A DNA stretch of 63,866 bases, counting the filler, from Octopus bimaculoides (Eukaryota), in assembly GCF_001194135.2 (NCBI RefSeq). It is 4 parts of 3 records of this genome, joined end to end, with 100 filler letters (N's around TTAATTAATTAA, not from the genome) between each part and the next. Parts side by side here need not be neighbours in the genome. Positions count along the whole stretch, not along the records: positions 29,897 to 57,635 come from NC_068983.1; 3 more parts are not named here. The stretch is one strand, 5' to 3'. Positions 41,391-54,106 of the stretch are shown here, piece after piece. Positions within the stretch are counted from its first letter, which is position 1; every line of letters starts with the position of its first letter. Made by a program: the position numbers and the translations under genes. The notes under the pieces are model-generated. The model made no database searches. It had not been told where the DNA came from and saw only the letters and a list, made by a program, of their open reading frames with translations.

Positions 41391-41567
41391 AGATTATTCT
41401 TTTACTTGTTTCATTCATTTGATTGCGGCCATGCAGGAGCACCACCTTTAGTCGAACCAATTGACCCTCGGACTTATTCTTTGTAAACCTAGTACTTTTT
41501 CTATTGGTCTCTATTGCTGAACCGCTAAGTTTTGGGGATGTAAACACACCAACATTGGTAGTCAAGT
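41391..41567 (-). mobile_element. SINE family A tail running into gap
   Basis: ttttacttgtttcattcatttgattgcggccatgcaggagcaccacctttagtcg... Confidence 0.85.
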
Positions 41568-41930
41568 NNNNNNNNNNNNNNNNNNNNNNNNNNNNNNNNN
41601 NNNNNNNNNNNNNNNNNNNNNNNNNNNNNNNNNNNNNNNNNNNNNNNNNNNNNNNNNNNNNNNNNNNNNNNNNNNNNNNNNNNNNNNNNNNNNNNNNNNN
41701 NNNNNNNNNNNNNNNNNNNNNNNNNNNNNNNNNNNNNNNNNNNNNNNNNNNNNNNNNNNNNNNNNNNNNNNNNNNNNNNNNNNNNNNNNNNNNNNNNNNN
41801 NNNNNNNNNNNNNNNNNNNNNNNNNNNNNNNNNNNNNNNNNNNNNNNNNNNNNNNNNNNNNNNNNNNNNNNNNNNNNNNNNNNNNNNNNNNNNNNNNNNN
41901 NNNNNNNNNNNNNNNNNNNNNNNNNNNNNN

Positions 41931-42084
41931 CAAAGAACTACTGATTCTAAAACTACAAATTTTTCTCTAAACGGATGGCGATATTTGTGGCACACATAGA
42001 ACAAGGTTTTTTGTTCTATGTGTGCCACAAATATCGCCATCCGTTTAGAGAAAAATTTGTAGTTTTAGAATCAGTAGTTCTTTG
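41931..42084. repeat. Perfect inverted repeat, 74-bp arms, 6-nt loop
   Basis: 41931-42004 is the exact reverse complement of 42011-42084; loop ggtttt; the left arm starts at the gap edge. Confidence 0.95.
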
Positions 42085-42162
42085 ACTGCTATTTCTGAAT
42101 TTTCAGTATGTTGGAGAAGCAACTCAATGCTAATCCCTGTATATTTATGATTATATATATAT

Positions 42163-42330
42163 AAATGATGGACTTCTTTAAATTTCTGTCTACCAAATCC
42201 ACTCTTAAGGCTTTGGTTGGCCCGAGGTTATAGTAGAAGACACTTCCCCAAGATGCCATGCAGTTGGACTGAACCTGGAACCATGTGGTTGGGAAGCAAG
42301 CTTCTTACTACACAGCCATGCCTGTGCCTA
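42163..42330 (-). mobile_element. SINE family A head half (CpG-decayed)
   Basis: ctaccaaatccactcttaaggctttggttggcccgaggttatagtagaagacactt..cacagccatgcctgtgcct. Confidence 0.85.
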
Positions 42331-42699
42331 CATATAAATTTTTGTACATTTATTTATTCATTTTTTTCTTTCACCTGTTTCAGCTGAAGAGCTGCAGCCA
42401 TGCCTAGTAAAAATAGAGATAGATAACATTTTAAATTGATAGAAATTCTTCTGTAGAGGCTTATTCAAAGCCAACATTAACTGCTAGTATAAGCCAAACC
42501 TGATAGTAAAGTAAACGAGACAGCTTAGCAATGGCTGCTAGTGACAGCAAAGTGAAGGAGAGAGAAACAATGTGTGTTGTCTTCAAATAGTCAATAAATG
42601 GCTCACAGACTGCTAGTCTCCATTTAGTCAAAATAATGTACATAAGCCAAAAAGTGGCTCATAGACTCATCATTATTTAACATTTACTCTCCATACTGG

Positions 42700-43213
42700 C
42701 AAGGGTTTGACTGAAAACTGGTAAGCCCCGGTGGGGGACCAAGTTCCAATCTGATTTGGCATGGTTTCTATGGCTGGATGTTCTTCCTAATGCCAACCAC
42801 TCCAAGAGTGTAGTGGGTGCTTTTTACGTGCCACTGGCATGGGTGCCATTAACCTGACACCAGCATTGGTCATGACTATGGTCTCACTTGGCTTGACAGG
42901 TCTACACAAGCACAATATATCGCCAGTCACTGCCCCCATGAGGCCCAATGCTTGAACAGTGCTTTTTATGTACCAGTTAAATGGCACTGGCATCAGTCAC
43001 AACTATGATTTCACTTGGTTTGACAGGTCTTCACAAGCACAGCATATTGCCCAACAATTAAAGAGTGCTTTTAACGGGCCAGTTACGTGACATTGAGATC
43101 AGCCACAACTACGAACCTCACTTGGCTTGATGTCACTAGTGATGTCACCAGTGACATCAAACCAAGTGAGATTGTAGTTGTGGCGGATGCCTGTGTCATG
43201 TAACTGGTCCATT
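42700..43213. mobile_element. Family B (RTE-like) repeat with internal subrepeats ending in a fold-back
   Basis: ggctggatgttcttcctaatgccaaccactcc..gtagtgggtgctttttacgtg matches 57560-57630; the ctcacttggcttgac subrepeat occurs three times, then inverted. Confidence 0.7.
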
Positions 43214-43619
43214 AGCTAAAATAATCTGTGATAGTGATAAAACTTTGTTGTTTGCATAAGGTTGTACATATTCTTCTAACACAAGCAATTTATATCTGAG
43301 CTAATGGGTTTATAGTTAAAGCTGTTATAAATATGATATTTTGATAACAGATTGTAAATGGCTTCTCATTTTACTTTTTTTAAATAGATGTCTCAGCTGA
43401 TTAGGTTACTATTTTTCATATAGTATCATCTTATTGGGAGACATGTGGCTCTCTTCATTGGACTTCTTGTCTTTGCTTTCAAATTTGTCAATGAATATGA
43501 TTGAAATGAAGGAACTAGGTGATGTGTGCCAATTGGCTAAGAACAAATAAATCTCTTCACATTCTCATGAAGTTAATTCCTTTCTCACAGTCTGTAAAGA
43601 TTTCAGACATCTTCTAGGC

Positions 43620-43855
43620 TAGAGATTCTCAACTGGGGTCCATATGACCCTTTGGGGTTCATATAAGCTTTTGTTAAAATTTATGAGCAATAATTTGTTT
43701 GCACTTCTACAATACACAGGTATTTTAACTATTTTTTAAATACTATTCCTAATAATATTTAATATAAAAATATAATAGCCTTTTTTTTTTTTAACATAGG
43801 GTCTGGTAGAGTAAACTAGGAATCAAAGGTAAAAAAAATGGTTGAGAACCATTGT
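43620..43855. mobile_element. hAT-type MITE
   Basis: Left tagagattctcaact, right ggttgagaaccattg: degenerate CAGTGGTTCTCAACC-type TIRs. Confidence 0.55.
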
Positions 43856-44239
43856 ACAAGTCTATTGCCTTGTTTTCTTTGAAAACCATTTTAGAAACAT
43901 GTTTTAGTCTTCATTGTGCCAAGAATTGTAAATGGTCAAATATCTGATTGATTCAGATGCCATTTAAAAATGGTTTTTTTATAAATTCATTTTGAATAAA
44001 GATGATTAAATTTCATAAAAGTTACTTTATAGAAAATAGATTTTCTGTTAAATGTTTATTAAAAAAAATGAAGCATTTCCTGTTACGTGTTCATTAAATA
44101 AAGAGGAAATCATTTGTAACAAATCTTCCTTATGTTTTATTTACAGCTTCAATGCAATCAAGCTATTTTTACTAATACAGTGTTGATGGGTTTAGTAATG
44201 GTTCTATAAAAATAATAATAATGATAATAATAATAATGT

Positions 44240-44440
44240 TTATAGTTTCAAATTTTGGGATTACGCCAGTGAGTTTGGTGGAGGGGTTAAATCTTTTACA
44301 TTAACCCCAGTGATCAACTGGTACTTTATCAACCCCAAAAGGATTACAGGTGGAATTTGAACTTGGAACATAAAGACAGACAAAATGCTGCTATACAGCA
44401 TTATTTTGCCTGCTATGCTATAAAGAATCCGCCTGCTCAC
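44240..44440 (-). mobile_element. Degenerate SINE (family D)
   Basis: tttcaaattttgg..accccagtgatcaactggtact..ggaatttgaacttggaac (B-box on the minus strand); related fragments near 30390, 49690 and 55705. Confidence 0.5.
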
Positions 44441-44471
44441 TATTGTAATAATATTGACGATAATATATATG

Positions 44472-44745
44472 AACTAGCAGTATAACCCGATGTTGTCCGG
44501 GTGCGACTTATTACGCTATCTACGATAAGTCTTGCTAGGTGCAAATCAACTAAAAAAGAAAGCGTTGCAACGAAAAAACCCTTATGATGTAAATATGTTC
44601 ATAATTCAAAAGACGATGAAATTAATAGGGAAAGTCTGAAGGCTGTTTTGCGTAACATTATTAAGCGTACGTAAATTTCATCCGTCTAATTGGCTATAGA
44701 AATGCTTGTGCAAAACAACTTTTTGTGCTGCCCTGATTATACATA
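44472..44745 (+). mobile_element. Possible non-autonomous Helitron-like element
   Basis: Starts actagcagtataacccgatgttgtccggg, resembling the ACTAG..CCCG..TTG.CCG 5' end of non-autonomous Helitron/HINE-type repeats; CpG-rich island in CpG-poor DNA. Right end uncertain. Confidence 0.45.
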
Positions 44746-44884
44746 GCAAGGTAATCCCTTTTCGCAGGAGCTAGGATGGCAATTAGAATGTTTCATGTTT
44801 ATTGTGCAAGCTATATGCCAGAAATATGTCCCAGAGCACAAGGCCAAAACAAATAGGAACAAGAAGTCTGGGTTATAAAAAACA

Positions 44885-45836
44885 TTGTCAAACCCAAAGG
44901 CCTTCTTTCATTATGTGAAAGAAACAGCCTCAGTACGCTGCAAGATAGGACCCTTCTTCGAAAAGGATGGCTCCCTCACTGACAGTCCAACTAGGATCAG
45001 TGAGGTACTGAATGACCAGTTCAAAAGTGTCTTCACCACTCCGTTGGAACACAGACAAGTGAACGAACCAGTGGACTTCTTTGCCACCTCCCCTATAACC
45101 AGCGAGGCAGTTACGATGGAATACATCAACATTAGCGAAGAAGATGTACTACTAGCTATACATGAAGTGGACACAAACTCAACTGTTGGTCCTGATGGTT
45201 TCTCAGCAATCCTCCTCAAATCGTGTAAGCATGCCCTGGCAAAACCCCTCCAGATTCTCTTCCAGAGCTTTCCTGCAAATGGCAGACTGCCAAGCAAGCT
45301 GAAGGAGGGAATCATATTCGCAATCCATAAAGTGGGAAGCAGNNNNNNNNNNNNNNNNNNNNNNNNNNNNNNNNNNNNNNNNNNNNNNNNNNNNNNNNNN
45401 NNNNNNNNNNNNNNNNNNNNNNNNNNNNNNNNNNNNNNNNNNNNNNNNNNNNNNNNNNNTGGAGAGTGGTTACATGACTTTCTGAAAGATAGAAGTCAGG
45501 CAATAGTGGCTAATGGAGCCACCTCTATGAAACACAAATAGTGAGCAGTGTTCCACAGGGCACTGTCTTGGGACCACTGCTTTTTATAGTGGCCCTCTCA
45601 GATATGCCCTCAAGTGCCTGGATAGCCACCCTTGCAAGCTACGCAGACGATACAAAAGTCTCACAGAAAATACAGAACCCCAGCGATGTTGCACATCTGC
45701 AGCAGAAGTTGGACTCGATTTACAGATGGGCTGAGGATAATAATATGCAGTTTAATGCTGAAAAATTCCAAGCCTTGTGCTGCCAGCATCCGAAACTGAA
45801 TATGAAACTTACAGGGTACACTGGTCCACAGGGGAT
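44885..45836 (+). mobile_element. CR1/L2-group LINE ORF2 (reverse transcriptase) fragment
   Basis: NPKAFFHYV..LNDQFKSVFT..GPDGF..IHKVGS, gap, [55 protein letters not shown]; RT motifs PQG and YADD present; stop at 45539-45541. Confidence 0.93.
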
Positions 45837-46055
45837 TACATATATATTTATATACGCATATATATTTATATATTCATATATTCATATATATTTATATATG
45901 CATATATACATATATATATATATGGATATATACATATATATGCATATATATTTATATATGCATATATATATTTATATATGCATATATACATTTATATATG
46001 CATATATGCATGTATAAATATGCATATATACATGCATATATATATGCATATATAG
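45837..46055. repeat. Degenerate (TATATG/TA)n low-complexity array
   Basis: Directly visible; truncates the LINE fragment. Confidence 0.9.
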
Positions 46056-47112
46056 TTCATCCTCATCATTTAAGGTCGTTACATGATAGCATGGGTTGTA
46101 TAGAGAGACTTTATATTATGTATGTTTGTGTGTATATACATATACACATACACACACATAATTTATATACTGAGATATTACATATTTGTGCCAGCGCAAC
46201 ATAAGCTGGAGCAGACCAGTAGGGGTAACTGATGCAGCTGGCAGCATATCATCATATTGAGCTAGATGCCATGATGCAGAGCAAACACTATATACAGCAT
46301 TTTAGGGACTGGACACAACAAATTAGACAGTTACGGCAAAATCTGAAGATCTCTTCAGTTATTTTGTGAATCTCCTGCATTCTTATACACCTCCGGTTGT
46401 CTTGTCACTGAGAATATTGTGTGAGAACAAGTAGCTTCATGTATACAGGTATTGTGTAGGCTGAAACCCTTGTAATTTCACGATGGCATCCCCTGTTCAA
46501 GTGCTGCGTGGTTGATGTCACCATTTTCATTAATCATCAATTAACGAACATAACTTTAGGTGCCTTCCTCTTCTGTTTTATTTCTCTCTTATTTTATTCT
46601 TTTTCAGCAGTTGTATGGTTATCTTCAGATTTGACAGATGACCTTATCATATGTGTGTGCGCGTGCTAATAATTTTCAGTGTATGTGCATATGTGCACAC
46701 ACACACACACACACACACGCACATGCATACACACACACACACATACATACACACACACTGTGTGTGTGTGTGAATTTTTCACTATACATGTAATTTCATG
46801 TGTTGCTTTTTGTATGTGTATGTTTTGCAAGGTGAATGAAGTATCTAAACTTTAGTTAGATACTTATTAGAATGCCATCATTTCACTCTCTCTACCTCTA
46901 TCTATTTGTTTCCCTTTCTCTCTCTAATTTTCTGTTTCTTTTTCTTTTATTTATTCTTCTTTTCCCCTTTTTTTCCTTTCTTCCCCGCCCCCACTTATTA
47001 TTCTCAGATTTTTTCCTTTTCTTTCTGTAACTAACTTGTATAAGCATACACCAGGAAATTTTGTGCACGTGCGTGTATATGCATTTGTATATATTTATGT
47101 TTTGTTTGTATA

Positions 47113-47154
<42 letters not shown>

Positions 47155-47989
47155 GCCATGTACCTACGTCTGTATGTTTAGTATATGTACGTATATTATA
47201 GATTGTTTGGTATGTGTATATATTGTTAAATGTATATGTAATTTAGCGTGAATAGTTTTTTTTTTAATGGATATATCTTTTAATTTATTATTTCTTCAGT
47301 TAATTATTTATCCTGGGTATTCAGGCTTNNNNNNNNNNNNNNNNNNNNNNNNNNNNNNNNNNNNNNNNNNNNNNNNNNNNNNNNNNNNNNNNNNNNNNNN
47401 NNNNNNNNNNNNNNNNNNNNNNNNNNNNNNNNNNNNNNNNNNNNNNNNNNNNNNNNNNNNNNNNNNNNNNNNNNNNNNNNNNNNNNNNNNNNNNNNNNNN
47501 NNNNNNNNNNNNNNNNNNNNNNNNNNNNNNNNNNNNNNNNNNNNNNNNNNNNNNNNNNNNNNNNNNNNNNNNNNNNNNNNNNNNNNNNNNNNNNNNNNNN
47601 NNNNNNNNNNNNNNNNNNNNNNNNNNNNNNNNNNNNNNNNNNNNNNNNNNNNNNNNNNNNNNNNNNNNNNNNNNNNNNNNNNNNNNNNNNNNNNNNNNNN
47701 NNNNNNNNNNNNNNNNNNNNNNNNNNNNNNNNNNNNNNNNNNNNNNNNNNNNNNNNNNNNNNNNNNNNNNNNNNNNNNNNNNNNNNNNNNNNNNNNNNNN
47801 NNNNNNNNNNNNNNNNNNNNNNNNNNNNNNNNNNNNNNNNNNNNNNNNNNNNNNNNNNNNNNNNNNNNNNNNNNNNNNNNNNNNNNNNNNNNNNNNNNNN
47901 NNNNNNNNNNNNNNNNNNNNNNNNNNNNNNNNNNNNNNNNNNNNNNNNNNNNNNNNNNNNTATATATATATATATATATGTGTCTGTGT

Positions 47990-48205
47990 ATATGTTTGTG
48001 TGTCTGTGTTTGTCCCCCCAACGTCGCTTGACAACCGATGGTGGTGTGTTTACGTCCCTGTAACTTAGCGGTTCGGCAAAAGAGACCGATAAAATAAGTA
48101 CTAGGCTTGCAAAGAATAAGTCCTGGGGTCGATTTGCTCGACTAAAGGCGGTGCTCCAGCATGGCCGCAGTCAAATGACTGAAACAAGTAAATGAGTAAA
48201 AGAGT
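47990..48205 (+). mobile_element. SINE family A, 3' half, well preserved
   Basis: cgcttgacaaccgatggtggtgtgtttacgtccctgtaacttagcggttcggcaaaagagaccg..gcagtcaaatgactgaaacaagtaaa. Confidence 0.92.
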
Positions 48206-48575
48206 ATGTCTCAGAGGTGGAAAGGCACTACTCATGAGCTTATTTGTTGGGCTATCAAATTTGCTGAGAGAAAAGGAGAAATTAACCACAATTATGGATT
48301 ATCCTCAGACAGAAGATGAGGCTGGAATGCTTACAAAATAGGAAACATCACTAAAGGTATCCAAGGGCCAGGTGGTGGTGTTTGATGAAAATGTCTATAG
48401 TCTTGATTCAATTTCAACCACTTTCTTTTTTTTAAAGTTAATAGATTTTATAATATAGCTTTGCTAATACATCTGTGTTGCTTTTTTCAAGCTTGATTTA
48501 ATAAAGAATATATTTCTCTTGATCTTATACATGTGTGTATCTGTCTGTTATTGTTAGTGCTTTTCTTACATTCAG

Positions 48576-48618
48576 GTTGGGTAGAGTCCTATTGATAGAC
48601 ACTGCTTGCCCCCACCTG
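48576..48618 (+). CDS. Weak candidate 43-bp exon (R)LGRVLLIDTACPHL
   Basis: Acceptor ttttcttacattcag, donor CTG|gtgaat, open frame; phase-compatible with 31686-31752. Confidence 0.2.
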
Positions 48619-49234
48619 GTGAATTTTATGAATGGTGTCTGTCTCTTGTTTTTATTTCTTTCTTTGAAGAGGGGGTAGGATGCTTGCTGACTGAGCCATT
48701 AGCCAAAAGGGCCCTATAAAGGCTGAACCTATTGATGTGGAACAAGACTGGTCCTTGAAGAGAAGGAGGAGCACCTGTTGTAATTGGATACTATAGCTTC
48801 CTACAGGTTCTATTGTTCTCATAAGTATCAGTTAGAGAAAAGCTAGTCAAGTCTCGCACCCCAGGTGGTAACTGTAAAGCATCTCCTTAGCTGCTTCTGT
48901 GTTATGCCTTTTAGCAGTCATTTATTGACACTACCTACTGCTCTAAAAAAAAAAAAAAGAAAAGGGAGCATTCATCCTCAAATCCTGTTGCACCAACAGT
49001 GCACTTCCCATGTCTACAAGCCAATTCCTGTGGTATTGTGTATCAATAGTATTCTTAATGTATTTCAGACTTTGGCAGACAATTTAATTCAAGTGTACAG
49101 CTGAGTTTATTTTTTTTTATTTAAAAATTTTTTTCCACATTCATGTCAAAATAATAGAGGAGCTTTAGAAGTTAAGAACTCCAACTGACATTAGATCTTT
49201 TTAACACTGATATTATTTTAGGGATTTATTTTTT

Positions 49235-49638
49235 TATTCTTTTACTTGTTTCAGTCATTTGACTGTGGCCATGCTGGAGCAGCACCTTTAAAGATTTGTT
49301 TTTAGTCAAAGAAATTGACTCCAGGGCTTATTCTTTGCAAGCCTTGTACATATCCTATTGGTCTCTTTTGCTGAACCACTAAGTTACAGGGGCATAAACA
49401 CACCAACATCGGTTTTCAAGCGATGGTGAGAGGACAAACACAGACACAAAGACACGCTCTCATATATATATATATATATATATATGATGGTCTTCTTTCA
49501 GTTTCCGTCTACCAAATCTACTCAAAAGTCTTTGGGCAGTCTGAGGCTATAGTAGAAGATTCTTATGCAAGGTTCTATGCAGTGGGACTGAACCCGGAAC
49601 CATGTAGTTGGGAAGCAGACTTCTTACCACACAGCCAC
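49235..49638 (-). mobile_element. SINE family A, complete, CpG-decayed
   Basis: Tail through head, collinear with the 40313-40758 copy. Confidence 0.9.
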
Positions 49639-50469
49639 GTTAAATTATGATTTATAATTTTGCTATAAGCAAGTAACCTTTCTTTGTGGGAGTATAAAGC
49701 CCTGCACTTGGTAGGTATTTATTTTATCAACACTGCAGAAATGAAGATAAATTCAACTTCCGTGGAGTTTTGAACTCTGAACATAAAAGGATGTAACTAT
49801 AGTAAGGCATTTTACCTACTAAACCATTTATGCTGCTATCATCTCTTACTTCATTAATAAAATTAATTTCTTTTGTAACACTTTAATAATAAAGCAGGCT
49901 ATAAAAACACAAAGGAAACACTTCATTATATAATTTAAAGCCCCTTTTCTTTAAAGATTATTTTTTTTTTTTGTAAAAATGAACGAGTTCATATATTTTC
50001 TAATTTCTTTTATACATGGGATTACTCATGGTTTTACTAAATTAAATGTTTTATGCCTGTTTTGCTATGTCAGTATGGCTTGAATAGAATAAATACATAT
50101 TATAGCATTGTTTTATAATTGGATACTCTTCCTGTTCCTTCCTTACCTGTTTTTCAAGTAATGGATCTTTTATTTCACTCACCTTTGGAAGTGCTTAGCT
50201 ACAAGATGATTTGTTAACCAGAGATGTTAATAATTATCACCTTGCCTTAATATCATGGGGTGCCTGTAAATGGCTGTCATTGCCATACAAGCAGTGTCAT
50301 CTGTTTGCAGTCTTCCACAAAACATGTCCAACCATGGGGAAATATTACTTTGGAAGTGAGGATTGGTGACAGGAAGGGTATCTGACTGAAGAAAATCTGC
50401 CTCGATGAATTTTGTGAGACCCGTGCTAGCATAGAAAAGTAGATGTTAAAATGATGATGATAATACACA

Positions 50470-50630
50470 CACATGATCTTTCAGTTTCCTTACACCAAAT
50501 CCACTCACAAGACTTTGGTCAGCCTGGGGCTATGTTAGAAGATACTTGCCCAAGGTGCTGCACACTGGATTGAACCAAAAAGTATGTGGTTGGGATGCAG
50601 ACTTCTTAATCATATGGTCATGTCTGCATC
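50470..50630 (-). mobile_element. SINE family A head half
   Basis: caaatccactcacaagactttggtcagcctggggctatgttagaagatacttgcccaaggtg. Confidence 0.8.
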
Positions 50631-51023
50631 TAAAGCAAACTTGTTAACCATGACAGCCATATCTGCACCTATAAGAGATCATTTTCAAAATCGCCCAACT
50701 ACTTTGAATGAAGAGTTTTTATGTTTCCTTAAGTTATATGTTTTTGTTATTTCCTAAATTTTACTCTCAACTTCCATTTTTTTGATGACCAAGCAAACCC
50801 AATTGAAAAACTACCCCAAACTTTTTTTTCTTTTGGATAACTTATTCATTTTTAGATCCTAGTAACTTAGTCAAACTTTCTATCTATAAACAACATTCTT
50901 GCTCATTTCAATGTTGAAAAGTGCTATTTACTCCTTCAAAACACACACATGCACTTATTTTTTGACATCCTTCATTTCAAAATTGAAATATTATGATTGG
51001 CATTATTGTTAAATCCTGTAGTA

Positions 51024-53352
51024 CATGGTTCACCAAACTACGGCCCCCAACGTCAATTTGTCTGGTCCGCCGTCGTATGCTGAAAAGAAAAAAACATGCT
51101 TTTATACTGCTTTTTACACTTCTTAGATTACACATGTTGTATGTATACTGAGTCAGTCCCGTTACATGCTATGTATTTCACATGCCATAATAATTACTAC
51201 AGTACATCATGTGTGCCTCGGGCTAGTCAATTATTAGTGATTACAATTAAAATGGGAATATCTGATGCTGAGGCCTAAGACTGCCTTTGTTTGTTTCTTC
51301 ACCCATCGTTATGGCTACTAAGAAGAGAAAAGTTGATGATGAATGCTGCATTTTCAATAAAGAATGGGAAGAAATGTACTTCTTTGTGGAAACAAATGAC
51401 AAGAAAGCTAGTTGCTGTTATGAAAGAATACAATATTTGTTGTCACTACGAAGCAAAACATCTCTCAACATATTCTAAATATTCTGGAAAGTTGCAGTCC
51501 GAGAAATTTGAATCTATGAAACGTTGTTTGGAATCTCAAAGGAATTTCTTTACGAAAAAGTTTGTTGAAAATGAATCTATTATTAGTGTAAGTTACAAAA
51601 TGGTGAATAAGTTGCAAGGAAAACTATTTACTGACAGAAACTTTATAAAAGAGTGCATGATGGAAGCAGCAAATGATTTGTGTCCTGAAAAAGCTAACAT
51701 GTTTGGCTGTATCAGCCTTTCAACAAGTTCAGTTGTGTGGAGAATAGAAGAATTTGGAGAGAATATACAGTTACAGATACATGAGAGAGCTAAGAAATTT
51801 TTGTGGTATTCTCTTGCAATGGATGAGTCTACTGATCTCTCTAGTACGTCACAACTTCTTGTGTTCATTCGTCGTGTTAATTGCAACTTTGAGATTATAG
51901 AAGAAATGGCATCCGTTTGCAGTATATATGGAACAACAACTAAAGAAGACATTTTCATAGAGGTGCAGAAAACTTCTGCAAAACTATAACCTTCAGTGGA
52001 TTCAGCTTCGGTGTGTTACAGTCGATGCAGGAAAAAACATGGCAGGAGTGAGAAAGGATTTGGTAGGACACATCCAGACCATGTTGGAGGAGCTTCAACT
52101 TCTGAAAGCTCTGTTTATACACTACATTATACATCAGCAAGCACTCTGGAAAACACTTAGACATTTCTTACATACTAAAACCGGTTACAACTGTGGTGAA
52201 CTTTATTTGGAATCATGGGCTTAATCACTGACAGTTCCAGGCTTTCCTTGAAGAAATGGATTCTAATTTCTGTGACTTGCCTTACTACACAGAAGTGAGA
52301 TGGCTCAGTTGCAGTAAAGTCTTGTTTCATTTTTATAAGCTCCGAAGAGAAATAGATCTTTTCCTCACCAAAAAGAATAGAGCTGATCCACAGCTATCAG
52401 ATCCTTCATGGTTATCAAAGTTGTCATTTTAGTTGATGTCACTTCTTGAATTTAAAACTGCAAGGAAAGAATAACCTTGTCTGTGATCTCTAAAGAATTA
52501 TTACAGCATTTTGGAGAATGCTATCATTGTTTGAAGCTCAACTTGAAAGAGGAGACTTCTCTCATTTTCAGTGTTTTCAAGAGTTTTGCACAGAAAATGT
52601 GGAACATGTTAACCTCGAGATTCAGAAAAAAATTATTCAGGGCTTAAATAAGCATTTTTCTCAAAAATTTTCAGAGTTTGACAGAATTGAGAATGAAATT
52701 CTTTTGTTTGAGAATCCCTTTGGCTGTAATCTTGATAACATGCCAACTGAACTACAACTGGAGCTTATTGACTTGCAAGCTAATACCTTGTTGAAAGAGA
52801 AGCACAGAGAAGGAATACTCATTGAATTTTAGCGCTGCTTGCCTGCTGTTGAGTTTTCAAAATTGAAAAAATTTGCTTCAGGTTTTGCATCAGTTTTTGG
52901 AACAACTTATGTTTGTGAGCAAACTTTTTTCAAAAATGATGTGTTTGAAGTCAATACATCGAACAAAGCTCAGTGATGAACATCTGAAAGCAATTCTTAT
53001 GGTTGGCTGCAGTAATCATAAAGCAAATGTTGATGATATTTTGGAAGCAAAACACCAGTTTCACAAATCTCATAAACTTTTGTGCTGCTTACTTTTTATG
53101 CAATTCAGCTATGTTCACACTTTTTCTAAAAATTCTTAGTAATATTTTGGTATTATTAAAATATGTTTATTGTTTTTTTATTATTTTGTGTATTTTATGT
53201 ATTGATAAATAAATAGGATGACTGTCTTTATTTTTTGTGTACATTCAGTGTATTCTATATTGTAATGAATTGAACAAAATATTTATCCGGCCCGCGCTTG
53301 GCATTCTTTTAGCTATATCTGACTCACTATGTAAAAAGTTTGGTGACCCCTG
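51024..53352 (+). mobile_element. hAT DNA transposon (SPIN/Charlie, GTF2IRD2-like), near full length, ~2.3 kb
   Basis: Left catggttcaccaaact, right agtttggtgacccctg (16-bp TIR, degenerate left end); flanks ctgtagta / ttctagga share 5 of 8 bases with a TAG core; transposase inside. Confidence 0.92.
51311..53076 (+). pseudogene. Disrupted hAT transposase
   Basis: MATKKRKVDDEC..FNKEW..MKEYN..HYEAKH..SLAMDESTDLSSTSQLLVFIR..ALW..TEVRWLS..LQLELIDLQ..TYVCEQ(T)F..LSDEHL; several frameshifts and stops. Confidence 0.92.
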
Positions 53353-53440
53353 TTCTAGGACATAAAGAAATCAGGCAATCTACCCGAAATCGAGTTAGCA
53401 ACCATCATGTATGTATGTATGTATATATGTATGGATGTAT

Positions 53441-53816
53441 TATTCTTTTATTTGTTTCAGTCATTTGACTACGGCCATGCTGGAGTACCGCCTTTAGCCG
53501 AGCAAATCGACCCCAGGAGTTATTCTGTGTAAGCCTAGTAGTTATTCTATCGGTCTCTTTTGCCGAACCGCTAAGTTACGGGGATGTAAACACACCGGCA
53601 TCAGTTGTCAAGCGATATTAGGGGGGGGGGGGACACAAACACAAACACACACACACACACACACACAGTTGTCATCTATCAAATCCACTCACAAGGCTTT
53701 AGTCGGCCCGAGGCTATAGTAGAAGACACTTGCCCAAGGTGCCACGCAGTGGGTCTGAACCCGGAACAATGTGGTTGGTAAAGGAGCTACTTACCACACA
53801 GCCACTCCTGCGCCTA
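53441..53816 (-). mobile_element. SINE family A, complete, CpGs retained (young)
   Basis: Near-consensus tail and head (ccactcctgcgcct end). Confidence 0.92.
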
Positions 53817-53821
53817 CGCAT

Positions 53822-54094
53822 GCATTCTTTTACATGCTGCAGTCATTTGATTTCAGTCAGGCTGGAACACCGTCTTGAAGGGTTTTTGTCAAACAAATCG
53901 ACCTCAGGACTTTTTTTTTAAAGCCTAGTACTTATTCTATCGGGCTTCTTTTGCTGAACTGCTAAGTTTCGGAGACGTAAACACACCAACACCAGTTATC
54001 AAGCAGTGACGGGAGAACAAACACAAAGACACACATACACATAAATATATACATATATGCATATACATACACACACACACACACACACACACAC
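53822..54094 (-). mobile_element. SINE family A 3' half, tandem to the previous copy
   Basis: attcttttacatgctgcagtcatttg..aaatcgacctcaggac..ctaagtttcggagacgtaaacacacc. Confidence 0.8.
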
Positions 54095-54106
54095 NNNNNN
54101 NNNNCA

